Below are positions 50,982-64,000 of a stretch of 64,000 bases of DNA, in pieces. The stretch covers positions 20,274,001 through 20,338,000 of the forward strand of contig NC_043020.1 in the NCBI RefSeq assembly GCF_006345805.1. The letters are read 5' to 3'. The first letter of the stretch is position 1; the number at the start of each line of letters is the position of its first letter. The translations under genes and the position numbers were made by a program. This DNA is from Octopus sinensis (Eukaryota). The notes under the pieces are model-generated. The model was given only the letters and a program-made list of their open reading frames with translations. It had not been told where the DNA came from and did no database searches.

Positions 50982-51438
50982 AGGTATATAGAATACTAAA
51001 CAATATAAATTCTTGATTTATTAAAATTATCTGTCTCTTTTCAATACATAATTACCAAATGGCAATTAAGACCAACTTCACTGGAGAAAAGAAGAAAAAG
51101 TCTCAAGATTCAAAAACTCTTCAGAATTGACATACCAAAAATGAAAGGGACAGTTGTAGACACGGGTTTCTAGCTCAGCATCCATCCTGAGGATGGCGTT
51201 GCTTGACACACATTTTTGGCTGAGGTAATTTACATATGTTAAAACCAGTTCCAAGTGAAATAGAAAGATAATCTTGAGATTCAAGTATTCCCTAGAGAGT
51301 TGCTACAAAAATGGCAATGCAAAACTCAAGAGCAGTGACAAAGGGAAGACTCGGTTTTCCACTGATGCTACTCTGAGTCTCACATTACCATTTTCTGCAG
51401 CGAGCCTGTCTATCTGTCTGTCGTGTGTGTGTGTGTGC

Positions 51439-51488
51439 GCGCATGTGTTCCTTATACAATCTGCAGATTGTATAAGGAACACATGCGC
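51439..51488. repeat. Perfect 50-bp palindrome with no spacer
   Basis: GCGCATGTGTTCCTTATACAATCTG|CAGATTGTATAAGGAACACATGCGC; after one mismatch it extends through (GT)n/(AC)n flanks. Confidence 0.97.
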
Positions 51489-54400
51489 ACACACACATCA
51501 AATACAGAGTATCAAGTATCAAATACAGAGCATAACTGAAATCTGGGAAATAAGTACATCATTCATTTTATTTCAGTTTTTCTTCAGCTATGATTTTCAA
51601 AAATATAAGTAAAATATAATGCAGTGACTTCACTAAAAATTAACATTAACAGCAAAAATCAGTGACAAAATGACAATATGCAATAATGAAGAATCATTGA
51701 TAGAAATCAAAATAGAATGTGACTGATTTCTGGATGCTTGCATTTGGCAAGGGAGTAGCAATTTGTTTTTGTTTAATTTTAATTTTTACTCTACAAAACT
51801 ACAAAATAAGTATTTAATGAACAGCCTCCCACTCTTCTCTAGACAGTCCATGATGGTACAACACAGAGCAGTGTGGTAATCTAACTAAACAGTAAACATA
51901 AATAACTAAACAGCAGAGAATCAGTATTGCGTATGTTGAGCATGTGACTGTATATGTGTGTGATTAAGAGAGACTTAACTGGATCCAAGTTAACTCCCAA
52001 CCCCCTCTCCCTGTCAGCTTTTAATAGCTGGTTTCCTACTTAATATGTAGGTAGATGAAAAGTTAGAGAAACCAACGGAAATATCTTAGTCATAGCTTAC
52101 TTACTTCACTTAAGACTGATGATAGCCTATTATGACACATCTCAGCAAACAATTTCATCTCTTGCCAACTCTTAGTTTTCTACAATATGGCTTAAGGAAA
52201 ATGTCAGGGAAGTGTTCTGCATACTAAATAAAATTACAGTAGGATCTCACATATGTAATATAGTGAAATAAGAAACTGATTAATTGAGATTAAATCATGA
52301 CTTAATTGGGTGGGGGGAAAATCCGTTCCTCTGTGTAAATTGAAATCTGAAAACAAGCAAGGGAGATAACTTAAAAAAAAAAAAAAAAAGCAGTGCAGCT
52401 GATGGAATTTTTTGGACAATATAGACAATACAGATTTGGGTTTTATTTCAGATTTCAATGAAATAGTAAGTATGAACATAACTGGAAGTAAAACCTCATG
52501 CATTATTTTCATGATAAATCTTAACTTAAATATGAACAAAATAAATAAAATCATGCCACAAATAAATAAGACAGCATTTTTCAATCGATTAAGTAGCCTT
52601 AAAAAGTAACTACTCTAGATATTTGACACTGGAAGTATCTTGTTCATACCAGTAGATTATAAACTATCTAATTTGGAAAGTTCTTCAAACACCACAGATT
52701 AAAAGTTCACTAAATAGAACAATTTTGGGTGCCATTAGAAAAGAATTTTTATAAAATATAATTTTATAGCATGAAAGTACTGATATTTCCACCAACAGCT
52801 CTTCAGTTTGATATTAATAATTGTATAAACAACTGTAGTCATTAACTTCTTATAGATGAACAAGACCACAAAAGTTCAGGATGATATAACTGTTTAACCC
52901 TTTAGAATCCAGGTTACTCTGTCAAATGAAATGCTTATTTATTCATGTGGTTTTGGATTAATCATGCATTATTTTGTAGCTTTGAGATTTCAATGATGGG
53001 ATTGTTTATTTTTAGAACGACTTTCCAGGGTATGTTTAACAGGCTGGATCTAGCTGCTTTAAACATAAAACAAGTTGAATATTTGGGTTGGACAAAGGGT
53101 TAGGTCAGCCCAATATTTATATCTTATTAACCTGGGAAAGATAAAAGGCAAAGTTAGCCATGGCAGGACCTGGAGTCTTGAGGTACACAACAAAAGACCA
53201 CAAGGCATTTTTCATCATTCTATTGATTCTCCAGCAACAGTCCTAAAGTTTAATAGATTAATCCAACTTTAATCAATCATGTCAAGTATTAAACTTTTAG
53301 TATTTAAAACCAGCCATATCAGGCCCAAATATTTTACCTGTTTTATGTAGAAAATGGTCAAATCAGGCCTCTCACACCTACCCTACAATGTTATTTTAAA
53401 AATAAACAGTAACATCACTGAAATCTTGAAGTTATGAGATAATGCAGGATTAATTCAAAATAATGTGAATAAACATACACTACATTTGACAGAGTAATCT
53501 GAATGCTAAAGAGTTAAACTCACCAATGAAAGACATAATTTGATCCTCATAATTTATGATGTTGCATGCTTTATGCAATTTTCAAGTTTTAATTTTTGGC
53601 AATCAAAATAAAAGCGCATTAAAAAACAAAGGCATTAAATTAATACTTATTTAAGACAGCGACCAGTAACTTCTTTTTGAAATGTCCCACTTGAGAATCT
53701 TTTACTCTTGCCTCAGCCCAAATGTATATTATGTCATAACTTATAAAAATGTTTCTAAATATCCACTCTCCCTTTACATTTTCTGACAATACATTTTGTA
53801 AGCTGAAATTAAACGATCATAACACAAAAGACTTATCTCAAAACCATCAACTGTTCAATGTCCCACAAATACATTGAATTTTTTTTTTTTTTTTTATAAA
53901 AGGTCTGAGGTGCACCTGTTGCCACCTCCTGGTTTAAGGGAATGAAAAGCCACAATAGCTGTGAGGTTTTGACACTGTTCTGAAGCTACTACAAACATGA
54001 TTTAAATATTTTTACAATAATACTGAGTATTAGTTTCATTGAACTGATTCCAATACAAAATTAATACTTAGAGAAAAGCAATGTTACGATTCGAACTCAG
54101 GAAATGAGACAAGAATAAATATTGTTGGGCCAGCAGTCAGGTGCCACCCTTTCTACCACCTCCCTACCCCAACTAAAGAAATTTATTACCTGCCACTTCT
54201 CCCTTGTTCAAATAACATTCATGTTCCACATATATTGATATTTTGTTGATCGTTTCAACAAAAGGAAGAGAAAAAGCTTCATTAAAACAAGGTTTTTATT
54301 TACTAACATATGTTGCTCAGAGTGACAACACATTAATACATAACATATGTTACCCCTTTTCACTAAATAAAGCCATGAACAAGCTGTTTTTTGTTACTGT

Positions 54401-55197
54401 TGTCTTCACCTTTTTATTAGTCATTACCTTGAGGTTAAAAATTTTTTTTACTAAATATGTTGCTTTCATAAGGTATTACTTGAAGGTGAAAAGAGCTAGA
54501 TATCTGTTCAATTTTATCTATAGATAAAAGAGAGGTGGGTATTATGCTGGATTCCCTTCTACTCATCCAACTAAGCTAATTATTACCCTGTAACTTAGAT
54601 TTCATAATCCCATTCCTTTTTTCTTTTTTACAATTAACAAGATAAAAAAAAAAAAGCCACAGGAGATTGCTGGGAATAATGGAATGCCAAACTGGATGCT
54701 TTAGGAATTAACTGCCAATTGTGAGTTCAAATCATACCAAAATTAGTGCTGAATTTGTCATTTATCCCTCTGAATTTCATAAAATAAGTTGCAGTAATGC
54801 GAACAGGGAAGTCACTTAAACTCTTCTCCAAAACTTAATAGCAACAAACAATAATAATAATCATCATCATTGTGGCAAGTTAGAAGAAATCAATGTTTCT
54901 ATAGAGATTTAAAATAAATTTTGTATTATGTTCTTTCAAACTAATCAATTGTTAAGTAGATAGGTTTGTAAGCTGTTGACATATTCTGAGTGAATTTGGT
55001 TAATATGCAATACTGAATGAATACTGTCAGCCAGGAAGGTTTACAGGTTTAGCAACACAATGAGGTAGACAGTCAAATGGGAAGATACTAATGTTGATGA
55101 CAAGGGAAATATATGCATGTTATTGTGTAATTGTGTTTATAATGTTTACATGAACATGAATGTATATTCACTTGTATTTACATATATGCGTATGTCC

Positions 55198-55240
<43 letters not shown>

Positions 55241-56589
55241 GCATGCACATGTGGGTATAAAGTATTTCCCTGTCAGTACCTCTTTCCCTTGATGTTTCAA
55301 ATCTGACATTTTTCTCTCACTCTGACTGCTGTGCCCCTTCCATTAACACTTGTTACTGCTCCTTTCACTTTCCTTACCCCCTTCATCTTTGGGGGGGGGG
55401 GACTCTCATCTGTATTTATTAATCAGTACCTGTAGACATTTCATCTCTCTATCCCATAAAGGGTACCATAAGAAACTTGCTTGTCACAACAAAGATTATA
55501 ATACAGTTTCAATTATTTGCCCACACTAGTTTCCTCTGATTCCACGGTTTTACTAACTCACGTGGAGGTTGTGAGGCAGAAACCTCAGTCAATGTGAAGA
55601 AATATAATCTTCCTGCAGACAGACAACAAAGATACCTAGCGTACTTTCCAAACACATCTCAAACAGAAACAATAACAAATATCCATTGCTGCCATAGTTT
55701 TAATGCTTTCCTACTTGGAGACACTTGGAGAAAGGTTGCACCTTTCTCCAAGTGTCTCATTCACGTGCCATTTTGTCCATGAGATGCAACATCTAGATTT
55801 AATTCCATCTCTTCCTTGTGTATATCCATAATAGAAACTTTTTACCATCAACATTTAGCATTTTAACCCTCTAATAATCACTGCTGTCTTCTTTGTAAGA
55901 AGATCCACCCCATACTCTTACTTCAAATGCTCTGAATCTTCTATAAAAGTAAAAATGATGTAAAATATCTAGAAGGGAGAGAAAATAAGAGGTTGTGAAG
56001 TTTGTCATTCCCAAGGTTATTAGTAAAGTAATATAGATTCCAACATCTTACTATTGTGCTAAAGTTCCTGTTATAAAACACAAATATTAATGAAACCAAA
56101 ATGTGGAGAAGAATCTCAATTGTATTAGAGGTAACAACAAAAAGTAGCTCTAATGATAACTGTTAGTACTACTGGACCATATCAACAACCTAATTCCTTT
56201 TAACTGGACACAAAGTATATTTAAAGAAAAAAAAAAAACAATGCTGAATAGATTGAATTTAAACCAGTATATTACTGGTATGGATTCTATCAATCCTGGA
56301 CAGTGAGGGGAGTGGGAGGGATGGGTGGATGAAACTTGAACACTAATATAAATCCCAACAATCTTATTACATTCTAAACAGTTTTAATAATAATGTTCAT
56401 GTCTTATAGAAGTGTAGGGCCTCTGATTTAAAAGATACAGGGAAAAAGATTGCAAGATATTCATACCTTTCTGAATAACAGTACTATTAGAGGAATGAAA
56501 TATTTACCTAAGTTTACTGAAAACTATCACAATAACAAAATATACCAAGCATATTTTCCCTACTAAATTGGAAGTTTAAGCCTTGCAGG

Positions 56590-56860
56590 CCCTTAACCAA
56601 CTCTCTTGCCTTTATTTCCTCCACCATCAACTTTAGCCATGTCTTACTCAGCCTTCCCCTTCTGCTCCTTCCTTCCACATTAATTTCCATCACTCCTCTC
56701 AGGCTTTTTCAGCATATGATCAAGCTATCATGTTCCATTTCTCTTCACAAGATCCATCACTGGTTCTATTCCCAATTCACTCGTTTTCCCTTCTCTCATC
56801 CATTGAATCAGTCTAATTTCTGTTCTTTCTCTGCTACTTTGTGTTCATTACTCATGCCTG
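56590..56860 (-). mobile_element. Old RTE LINE C-terminal remnant
   Basis: Minus strand gives RTEIRLIQWM....LGIEPV.DLVKR...DHML.K...VEGRSRRGRLSKTW. Confidence 0.6.
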
Positions 56861-57368
56861 ACTCTTATAAATCATAAGCACTCTCCACACATGCAACATA
56901 CATCATTTCCTTCAGTTACAGTGACAGTCTATTAGTACTCAAAAGTATGCTACTCAGTTCCAAGAACTTTATCCATATGCATCTCACTTTAGTCACCATT
57001 ACCAAGTCCCATGGCTGGTTGTTGACAAATTTTTCCGCTTTGTAAGGGTAATGTACCCAGTATTTCTGCTGTTCTAATGGTAATTCTGTGTTTGAAAAAA
57101 TATCATCTAATTTGTATCATTAATATATATATGTGTGTGTGTGTGTGTGCGTGTATGTCTATCTCCCACTACTGCTTGACAATTGATGTTGGTGTGTTTA
57201 TGCTCTTGTAATTTTGTGGTTCAACAAAGGAGACTGATAGAATGAGTACCAGACTTTAAACAAAAAAGAAAATGTACTGGGGTCAATCAACTAAAAATTC
57301 TTCAAGGTGGTGCTCCAGCATGGCTGCAGCCTAACGATTAAAACAAGTAAAAGATAAAAGATACCAAC

Positions 57369-57538
57369 CACTTTTGATCTGTTTGATCTGGTTCACTGTT
57401 TCTTGCAGTATTGCACACTTATCAGGCTTCACTGAGAATGAGCTCATATCGGTGACACTTGCCGAGATTAACTCTGCAAGTTCTTCGATATAAGTATTTT
57501 CCTGCTCTCGCCGACGCTTCTCATTCAGACATTTATTT
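57369..57538 (-). CDS. NCOA: NCOA exon: bHLH domain ([56 protein letters not shown])
   Basis: Acceptor ttttaacAG (57540-57539) and donor G|GTTGGT (57368); phase 2 in, phase 1 out. Lies within ORF 57331-57636. Confidence 0.95.
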
Positions 57539-58679
57539 CTGTTAAAATAAATATGAATACAAAAAATTATTCTACATGAAATGGTTGTGAGAAAAAAATA
57601 TGGGAATATGTAATATTCAATTCTAATACAATACACTTTTAAAATTTGCTTTCCAAAGCGATTAAAATTTACTGAGGAGTGTAAATGAGGGTTGTGTGTG
57701 TGTGTGTGTGTGTGAGTGAGAGAGAGAGAAAGAGAGTGTTGCTTTGATTATGAAATACTGCCAACTGCTTTATCTTATTCTTCTCTCAATCTTTGCTGTG
57801 GGCCATTCATTACAGGATAATTATATATGTAATACATGATCTGTAATAACCATTTAGTTTATGTACAATAAAATTTTAACAAATGTAATAACAGTATATA
57901 AGTAATAATTTGTACTCAGCAAAAAATTGGCAATTTGGAAAAGTAAAAGGTTCTTCATAATTACACATCATCATTTCAAAACCCAATTAATAATAATTTG
58001 ATATGACTTTTCATGTTTTATTTGCCAAAAGAAATAGAAAATAAAACTGAAAACAACGATACCAATATTCTCACAAAATGTGATAATGGGGGAGATATAA
58101 ATTTTCTAAATAACTTTAATAACATAATATACAGAAAATGAAATGGTTTAACCAAGGAAACAGAAGTAAATGTGTTTTGATTTGATGAAAAGTTGACTTA
58201 AAAAAAAAAAAAAAAAACAGGAATACAAAACGAGTCAATAATTTATGAGACTCAAAATGCTTTCATTTCATCAGATGTAAACCCTTACAAAGTCTTAATG
58301 GTATTATTATTAGTAGGTGGGTCTAACTCAGTTCTGACGATATGTATTCAGTCATTCAGTCAACTGAATTACTTGCTCCTGAATCAAAGTATAAATAGTT
58401 GAGCATTCCACTGACACATGTACCCTTAATGTAATTCTCAGGCAGAATCAGTGTGACAAAGTGACAAAGTTGTACCCTTGAATTATTGGTGCAATCAATC
58501 CAGCAGGCTCCCACAGTTTCAATCTGCCTTTGCTCACAAGATATGAGTGAAACTGAGGCTACAAAAGTGACATTTGCCCAAGATGCCACAGTAGGATTGA
58601 CCCACATGGTTGCAAAGCAAACTTAACTACTTGGCCATACTGCATCTATTGATAATGATGATATTACTTGCAGTTATAA

Positions 58680-61260
58680 TAATGGTTTTAAATTTTGAAA
58701 CAAGACCAGCAATTTTAGGAGAAGAGGGTAGTTGATTACATCAACCCCAGTGCTCAACTGGTACTTATTTTATTAACTATGAAAGCATGAAAAGCAAAGC
58801 TGACCTCAGCAGCATTTGAACTCAGAATGCAAAGCCAAAAGAAATATCACTAAGCATTTTGTCCAGTGTGGTAACAATCTTACCAGCTCAATACCTTACT
58901 TGCAATTATCATTAAGTTGGTATATGCTGGGAGAATAGTTAGCATACTGGGCAAAATGCTGTGCAGCATTTAATCTGTCTATATGTTCTGAGTTCAAATT
59001 TCACTGAGGTCAACTTTGCCTTTCATCCTTTCGGGGTCAATAAAATAAACCAGTCAAGTACTGGGAACAATGTAATTGACTTACCCACTTCCCTCAAATT
59101 CCATGCCTTGTGCCAAAAGCAGAAAGGATAATAATAATAATCCTTTCTACTAACAGTACAAGGCCTGAAATTTTGGAGGAAGGGACTAATTGATTACATA
59201 GACCCCAGTGTTTCACTAGTACTTAGTTTATCGATCCCCACCAAAAAGATGAAAGCATTTTGCCCAGTGTGCTACTGATTCTGCCACTTCAATAGTGATG
59301 GCAATGATAAAAATAATAATTTTGCTCACTTGTTAGTTTAGTTAAAATTTCAAAATGGCATTTAACCCTTTTGATAGCAACCCATCTTAGACCATCTATG
59401 AAAAGAAAGAATTAACAAAGCTGACAGAGAAATTACTATAATATTAAAAAAAGAGGGGGGGGGGGGTAAAAGCTACCCTAAATTGATTAAGTCATAGCAA
59501 CAATGGGATTTCCTTCCATTTCTGGATAAATTAGCAATATCAGGAATAAAGTAAATTTTCTGCTGTGGTTGCAAGTCAGTCATCTGATACATTTTATCAA
59601 TCACCACCAACCATCTTCCAATAAGGGAATATATTGTTGCTCAACCTTCGAAATATAGCAGCCAAATTTCCCTCGTGTTACATCCTATCATCTTTAAAAA
59701 AGAAGGACACATTGGAAAGTTTATATAAAAGTAGGTAGGATGATCGCAACTGGAAAACTTTTTATCATAGATCTATTCAATCAGGGCTGACCTAGGACTA
59801 AACTACAACTTCTACAATAGGAAAATGGTTATATTAAAATTGATAAAAACAATTGAAAAGCTACAAATAGCCTTATTCTCTTTTGAGGGAGTGACAAGAC
59901 CAAAAATTAACCCAAAAAGTGTGGGCTTGCAACTTGGCATCTGGAGAGGCAGATCCATGGCAACAAATGTTGTCATGGTGCACTGGATCAACAAATTAAT
60001 GAAGCTGATTTGGGCCTGGTTCATAGAGCTTCATAGGGACAGGAACTGACATGAAGTTATGAGCTGGATACTCAGTCACATCCAGTATGGGCTGACAGGA
60101 AACTATCCTAGAAAAACTGGGAGACATTGCTTGTAAGGGCATGGAAATGTTGTTGGCCAAGTCTGTCTAAGATGCATACAAAGCAACAAAACTGTTTTGC
60201 ATACTCATTCAAAATGCAAGTTATTTGATAAAACTCCAATTAGAGTTTTGTCAAACAGCTGTTGTCATGTGTAGGGCTATTGGCTGATCCCATTGTGAAG
60301 ATTACCGTTGCCTTCATTTGGTTGGCAAGGGTAGACAGTTTTCCTTTCTCTCTGGTGGAATGACGAAAGAGGTTTTATGGTGAATCATTAAAAGAATTGA
60401 AGATAGAATGTTCCACTCTCTAGTCAAACCTTCAAACTTTTTTAAAGTTTTACTTGGAGAGAAAGGCGAAAGTGGAGCAATAAATGCTGTTTTCCAATAG
60501 ATTTACTAACAGGTGAGTGAATGTAGTCAGTGGATCCATGGTGGTCTTTGATTGGCTCATGTAGCAGACCTCCTCTCGTCATTCATACGTAATTGCCCAT
60601 ACATTATTATTATTGAGCAAGTAGAATTGACAGTGTTGAAAAAATGCTTTGTGGCACTATACATTCTAAGTTCAAATCCCACCAATGTCAACTTTGCCTT
60701 TCATTCTTCCAGGGGTGATACAGTACTACTGAAGCACTAGGGTCAATGATATCAAGCAACTAACTCCCTCTCCATAAAATTGTTGGCTTTCTATTTAAAT
60801 CAGAAACCATTATTATTATCATCATCATCATTATTATAATAATAATTATTATCATTATTATTACTATTACTGCCATTGTTGCTATTTGAAAGTATTGTTA
60901 TAGTATCAAGAAAAAATAATGCTCTGCAGCATTTGTCCTGCCTCTTTACATTCTGAGTTCAAATCCTGTCAATGTCAACTTTGTCATCCTTTCCAAATAG
61001 ATAAAGAACCATGCAGGCCCCGTGCCTAAATTAGAAACATTATTAATCATGGCAAAATTGGTTCAGTAACAGATTAAATAATTGCTATCTGGTTGTATAT
61101 TTCTGTGCCGAGTTCAAATATCACTAAGGTGAACTACTAAGCCTTTCACCTTTTCTAGGGTTGAGTTAGAAAAAAAAAGGGCATCAATCAAGTAGTGAGG
61201 TTGATTTAACTGAATTAACTTTCCTCCAAGATTTCTAGTCTTGTACTATGTTAGAAATCC
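58680..61260. mobile_element. Cluster of tRNA-derived SINE family B copies in both orientations
   Basis: Blocks gaatttgaactcagaa / ttctgagttcaaat (B box), gtcaactttgcctttcatcc and gaccccagtg..actggtactta recur at about 58680-58900, 58920-59135, 59135-59300, 60625-60800, 60905-61040 and 61075-61260. Confidence 0.8.
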
Positions 61261-62299
61261 TTCTTGTTACTTGTACCAAGGACACATGTTAATCATTGAC
61301 AGGCAATAAGAATAATTTTTTGAAAAATGCACATATGAACACTCATACATGCAAACATAAATATGCTTGCATGAATACAGATATATGTAAAAGCATGAAC
61401 ACACTCAACCGATTAAATGTATTTAAACATATAAACACAAAAATAGTTATACTCCAGAAAATAAATATAGACTAATTTGTACACAAAGACAAACATAGAT
61501 ATATTCACACACATAGTGACAAAACTAAACTAAAAGACAAAGATGATTTGCAATGTAGTGAAGAGTTAAAGGACAACGTTTTACATTTCCTTTCAAAAAA
61601 GCTATGTAAGGAGGCAGTTGTTTACTAATTGGACTGATTCACAATAATTGAGCACATGAAGCATCTCCTCCTTCAACACCTCCCTCCCTCTCAACTACAA
61701 AGACCACTGCGCACTTGCTGTAATAGAGATGTTAGAAGGGTAAAATATAACCAGTTTTCTTTGTGTTTTACATACATACATCAAACACTACCTTTTCTAT
61801 CTATAGCATGTCCTCCTCACTCTCTCTTTCTCTCACACATACACACAATCAAGGTTGAAAGTAAGATTATTGATAACATGTCACAAAAGCAGAAACTGTC
61901 TTCAGGTGTTCGTTTTATTTAAATTAACACCACTCAATCGGATAAAACACACACACACCTAAATGTAGATTACCCAAAGATCTTGTAGTATCAAAAATAC
62001 TGATTTTGACAAGCCATATTGTGTGATGGCCATATTTTATCAAAGGTACTTAGCAACATAATAATTTCTAAAAGATACAAATAAAGATAAATGTAGCCTA
62101 TTAAATCAACCTCAGTATTTGGCTGGCGAAGTTGATTGAGGCAGGATCTGATTTCTGAATGTAAACATAATAAAGCATTCTGTTAGATGTCTTATCAGTT
62201 CTGCCACCAACCACCACGAAGATAATAATGACGATGATGATAATCCTTTCTGTTACCTTTAATAATCCTTTCTACCACAATAATAATCCCTCCCCCCAA

Positions 62300-63430
62300 A
62301 TTTCAGCCAGAAGGCCTGAAATTCTGGAGGAAGGAACTAGTCAATTATATTAACTGGTACTTGTATCATTGATCTGCCCCAAAAATATGGAGGAATTTGA
62401 GGCCAGATGAAATGCTGATGAGCATTTTGTCCAGCACGCTAACAATTCTGTCAGCTTGCTGCAATAAAGATAATTATTTGAAACTTTGGCACAAGGCCAG
62501 CAATTTCAGGAGAGTGGCTGAGTACATCAATCCCAGTGCTCAACTGGTACTTATTTTTATTAACCACAAACAGATGAGAGGCAAAGTCAACTTCGATGGA
62601 ATTTGGACTCAGTATGTCAAGATGGACAAAATACTGCTAAGTATTTTCCCTGGTGTGTTAATAATATTGCTAGGTCACCACAACAATAACAGTTTCAAAT
62701 TTTGGCAGAAGGCCAGGAATTGGGGGGGGGGGAATAAGTAAATTACATTAACTCCAGTGCTCAACTGGTACTTATTTCATTGTCCCTGAAAGGATAAAAG
62801 GCAAAATTGACCTTGGTGACATTTGAACTCTATGTAAAGATGGACAAAAGCCACTAAGCATTTTGCTGCCATAGTAATAAGAACCCTTTCTACTATAGGC
62901 ACAAGACCTGAAATTTTGGAGGAGGGGGACTAGTTGATTACATTGACCCCAGTGTGTAACTGGTACTTAATTTATCGACCCCAAAAGGATGAAAGGCAAA
63001 GTTGACCTTGACGGAATTTGAACTGAGAACACAGCAATGAGTGAAATACAGCCAAGCATTTTGGCCAGTGTGCTAACAATTCTGCCAACTCACTACCTTA
63101 AACAATAGCAATAATAATAATCTTTTCTATTAAAGGCACAATGCCTGAAAATTGAGGGGAGGGGACTAGTTGATTATATCGACCCCAGTGTTTCACTGGT
63201 ACTTAATTTATTGACCCTGAAAGGATGAAAGGCAAAGTCGACCTTGGTGGAATTTGAACTCAGAATGCAAAGACGGACAAAATGCCACCAAGCATTTTAT
63301 CCAGCATGTCGTCTTTGATTTCTAATATAGAACAAGGTCAGCAGTTCTGAAGGGGGGGGGGGTTCAACTGATACCATTAACTTCATTGATACTTTACTTT
63401 ATTGATCTCAGAAGGACGAAAGACAAAGCA
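62300..63430 (-). repeat. Head-to-tail array of six SINE family B copies separated by (AAT)n-like tails
   Basis: Units start near 62310, 62481, 62691, 62884, 63121 and 63320, all in the same orientation, each roughly 110-230 bp. Confidence 0.85.
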
Positions 63431-64000
63431 TTTTTCTGACACATAACACTGAGCACACATTAATAAGACATATAAAGTGTTCATGATTAAATATAATAAA
63501 CATAGGGTCACTGGGAATTTAGGACATTATGATGCATTGGTGTTCAAATTATGAATGAAAAATGTCAAGCCCACAATTACATCATGTGTTGTCCTTCCTG
63601 TTTTTTTTTTAAATATTATGGTGCAGTTTAAATGAAGATTTAGCTGCTATGTCTAGCAGGTCGAGAGACCACATAAAGGTTTTGCCTGGATTGCCTTATC
63701 TTTATCTTTACTGATTTCCATGCGAGCAGACAGTTCCAACCTACGATATGTTCGCAACAAATTCATTTGATTGGCTAAAATAACATAACTTTAGAAGCTT
63801 GTAACATCTTTATTATTAATTTCTAGGGGAAAATGAATGCAATTTTTGCCATCAGCATGCAAAACTACATCAGAACTACATTAAAAAAAAAAATTTTTTT
63901 AAAAATTATCTGGTGAAAATTTAAAAAACTTCAAGTGGTTGGAAGATCCAACTCCAGTACTTGATTAGTACAATATTTTATCAACCCAGGAGGGGTGAAA

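Larger units (their letters stand above)
11263..57538 (-). other. NCOA: Partial gene span (8 coding exons) of a p160/SRC nuclear receptor coactivator, bHLH-PAS family
   Basis: Exons of 170+101+90+91+78+102+124+107 = 863 nt join in frame at AG/GT boundaries. Introns are 17476, 14267, 5989, 5104, 915, 648 and 1014 nt. The spliced product has the NCOA/Taiman hallmarks [58 protein letters not shown] and GKSIYNIIH.GDH. Confidence 0.95.

Noticed and set aside
51274-51612. ORFs on both strands sharing CAHVFLIQSADCIRNTCAHTH
   Set aside because: An artefact of the perfect palindrome, not a protein.
59810-60490. Higher-complexity stretch with short ORFs on both strands
   Set aside because: No motif could be assigned with confidence and every frame has stops. 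It is probably an old TE remnant; it needs BLASTX/HMM searches.
58680-63430. Idea that SINE family B is mobilised by the TAA-targeting Dong element
   Set aside because: The polarity disagrees: the Dong-sense flank reads (AAT)n whereas the SINE-sense tail reads (ATT)n, and no shared 3' end was seen.
57539-64000. Upstream or start-codon exon of NCOA
   Set aside because: No convincing phase-2 donor with coding-like sequence; the region is mostly SINEs.

Overview
AT-rich, microsatellite- and transposon-dense eukaryotic DNA. The SINE and RTE families resemble those I associate with octopus, so a coleoid cephalopod origin is likely (inference). The whole window lies inside one minus-strand gene, a p160/SRC nuclear receptor coactivator (NCOA/Taiman; bHLH-PAS). 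Eight GT-AG exons (863 nt, phases compatible, no stops) splice into bHLH, PAS-A and the first half of PAS-B. I found neither the start-codon exon nor the rest of PAS-B, so both probably lie outside the window. The introns hold an internally deleted Helitron, several RTE LINE pieces (one nested with an 8-bp TSD, one with a PHD-type zinc finger inside the RT), and a Dong/R4-type endonuclease fragment. They also hold a decayed Ty3/Gypsy provirus with both LTRs, PBS and PPT, four mariner pieces, a DD37D (maT) element, old CR1-like remnants, a foldback MITE and many tRNA-derived SINEs. The most interesting signals are hammerhead ribozyme motifs in two inverted-repeat insertions. One is a tRNA-headed SINE carrying a minimal dimer-type hammerhead (10.7-11.2 kb, 12-bp TSD). 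The other is a complete type I hammerhead in the sense direction of the NCOA pre-mRNA (45.5 kb), preceded in the transcript by its own antisense copy. All coordinates and structures were read by eye; no searches or folding programs were run.
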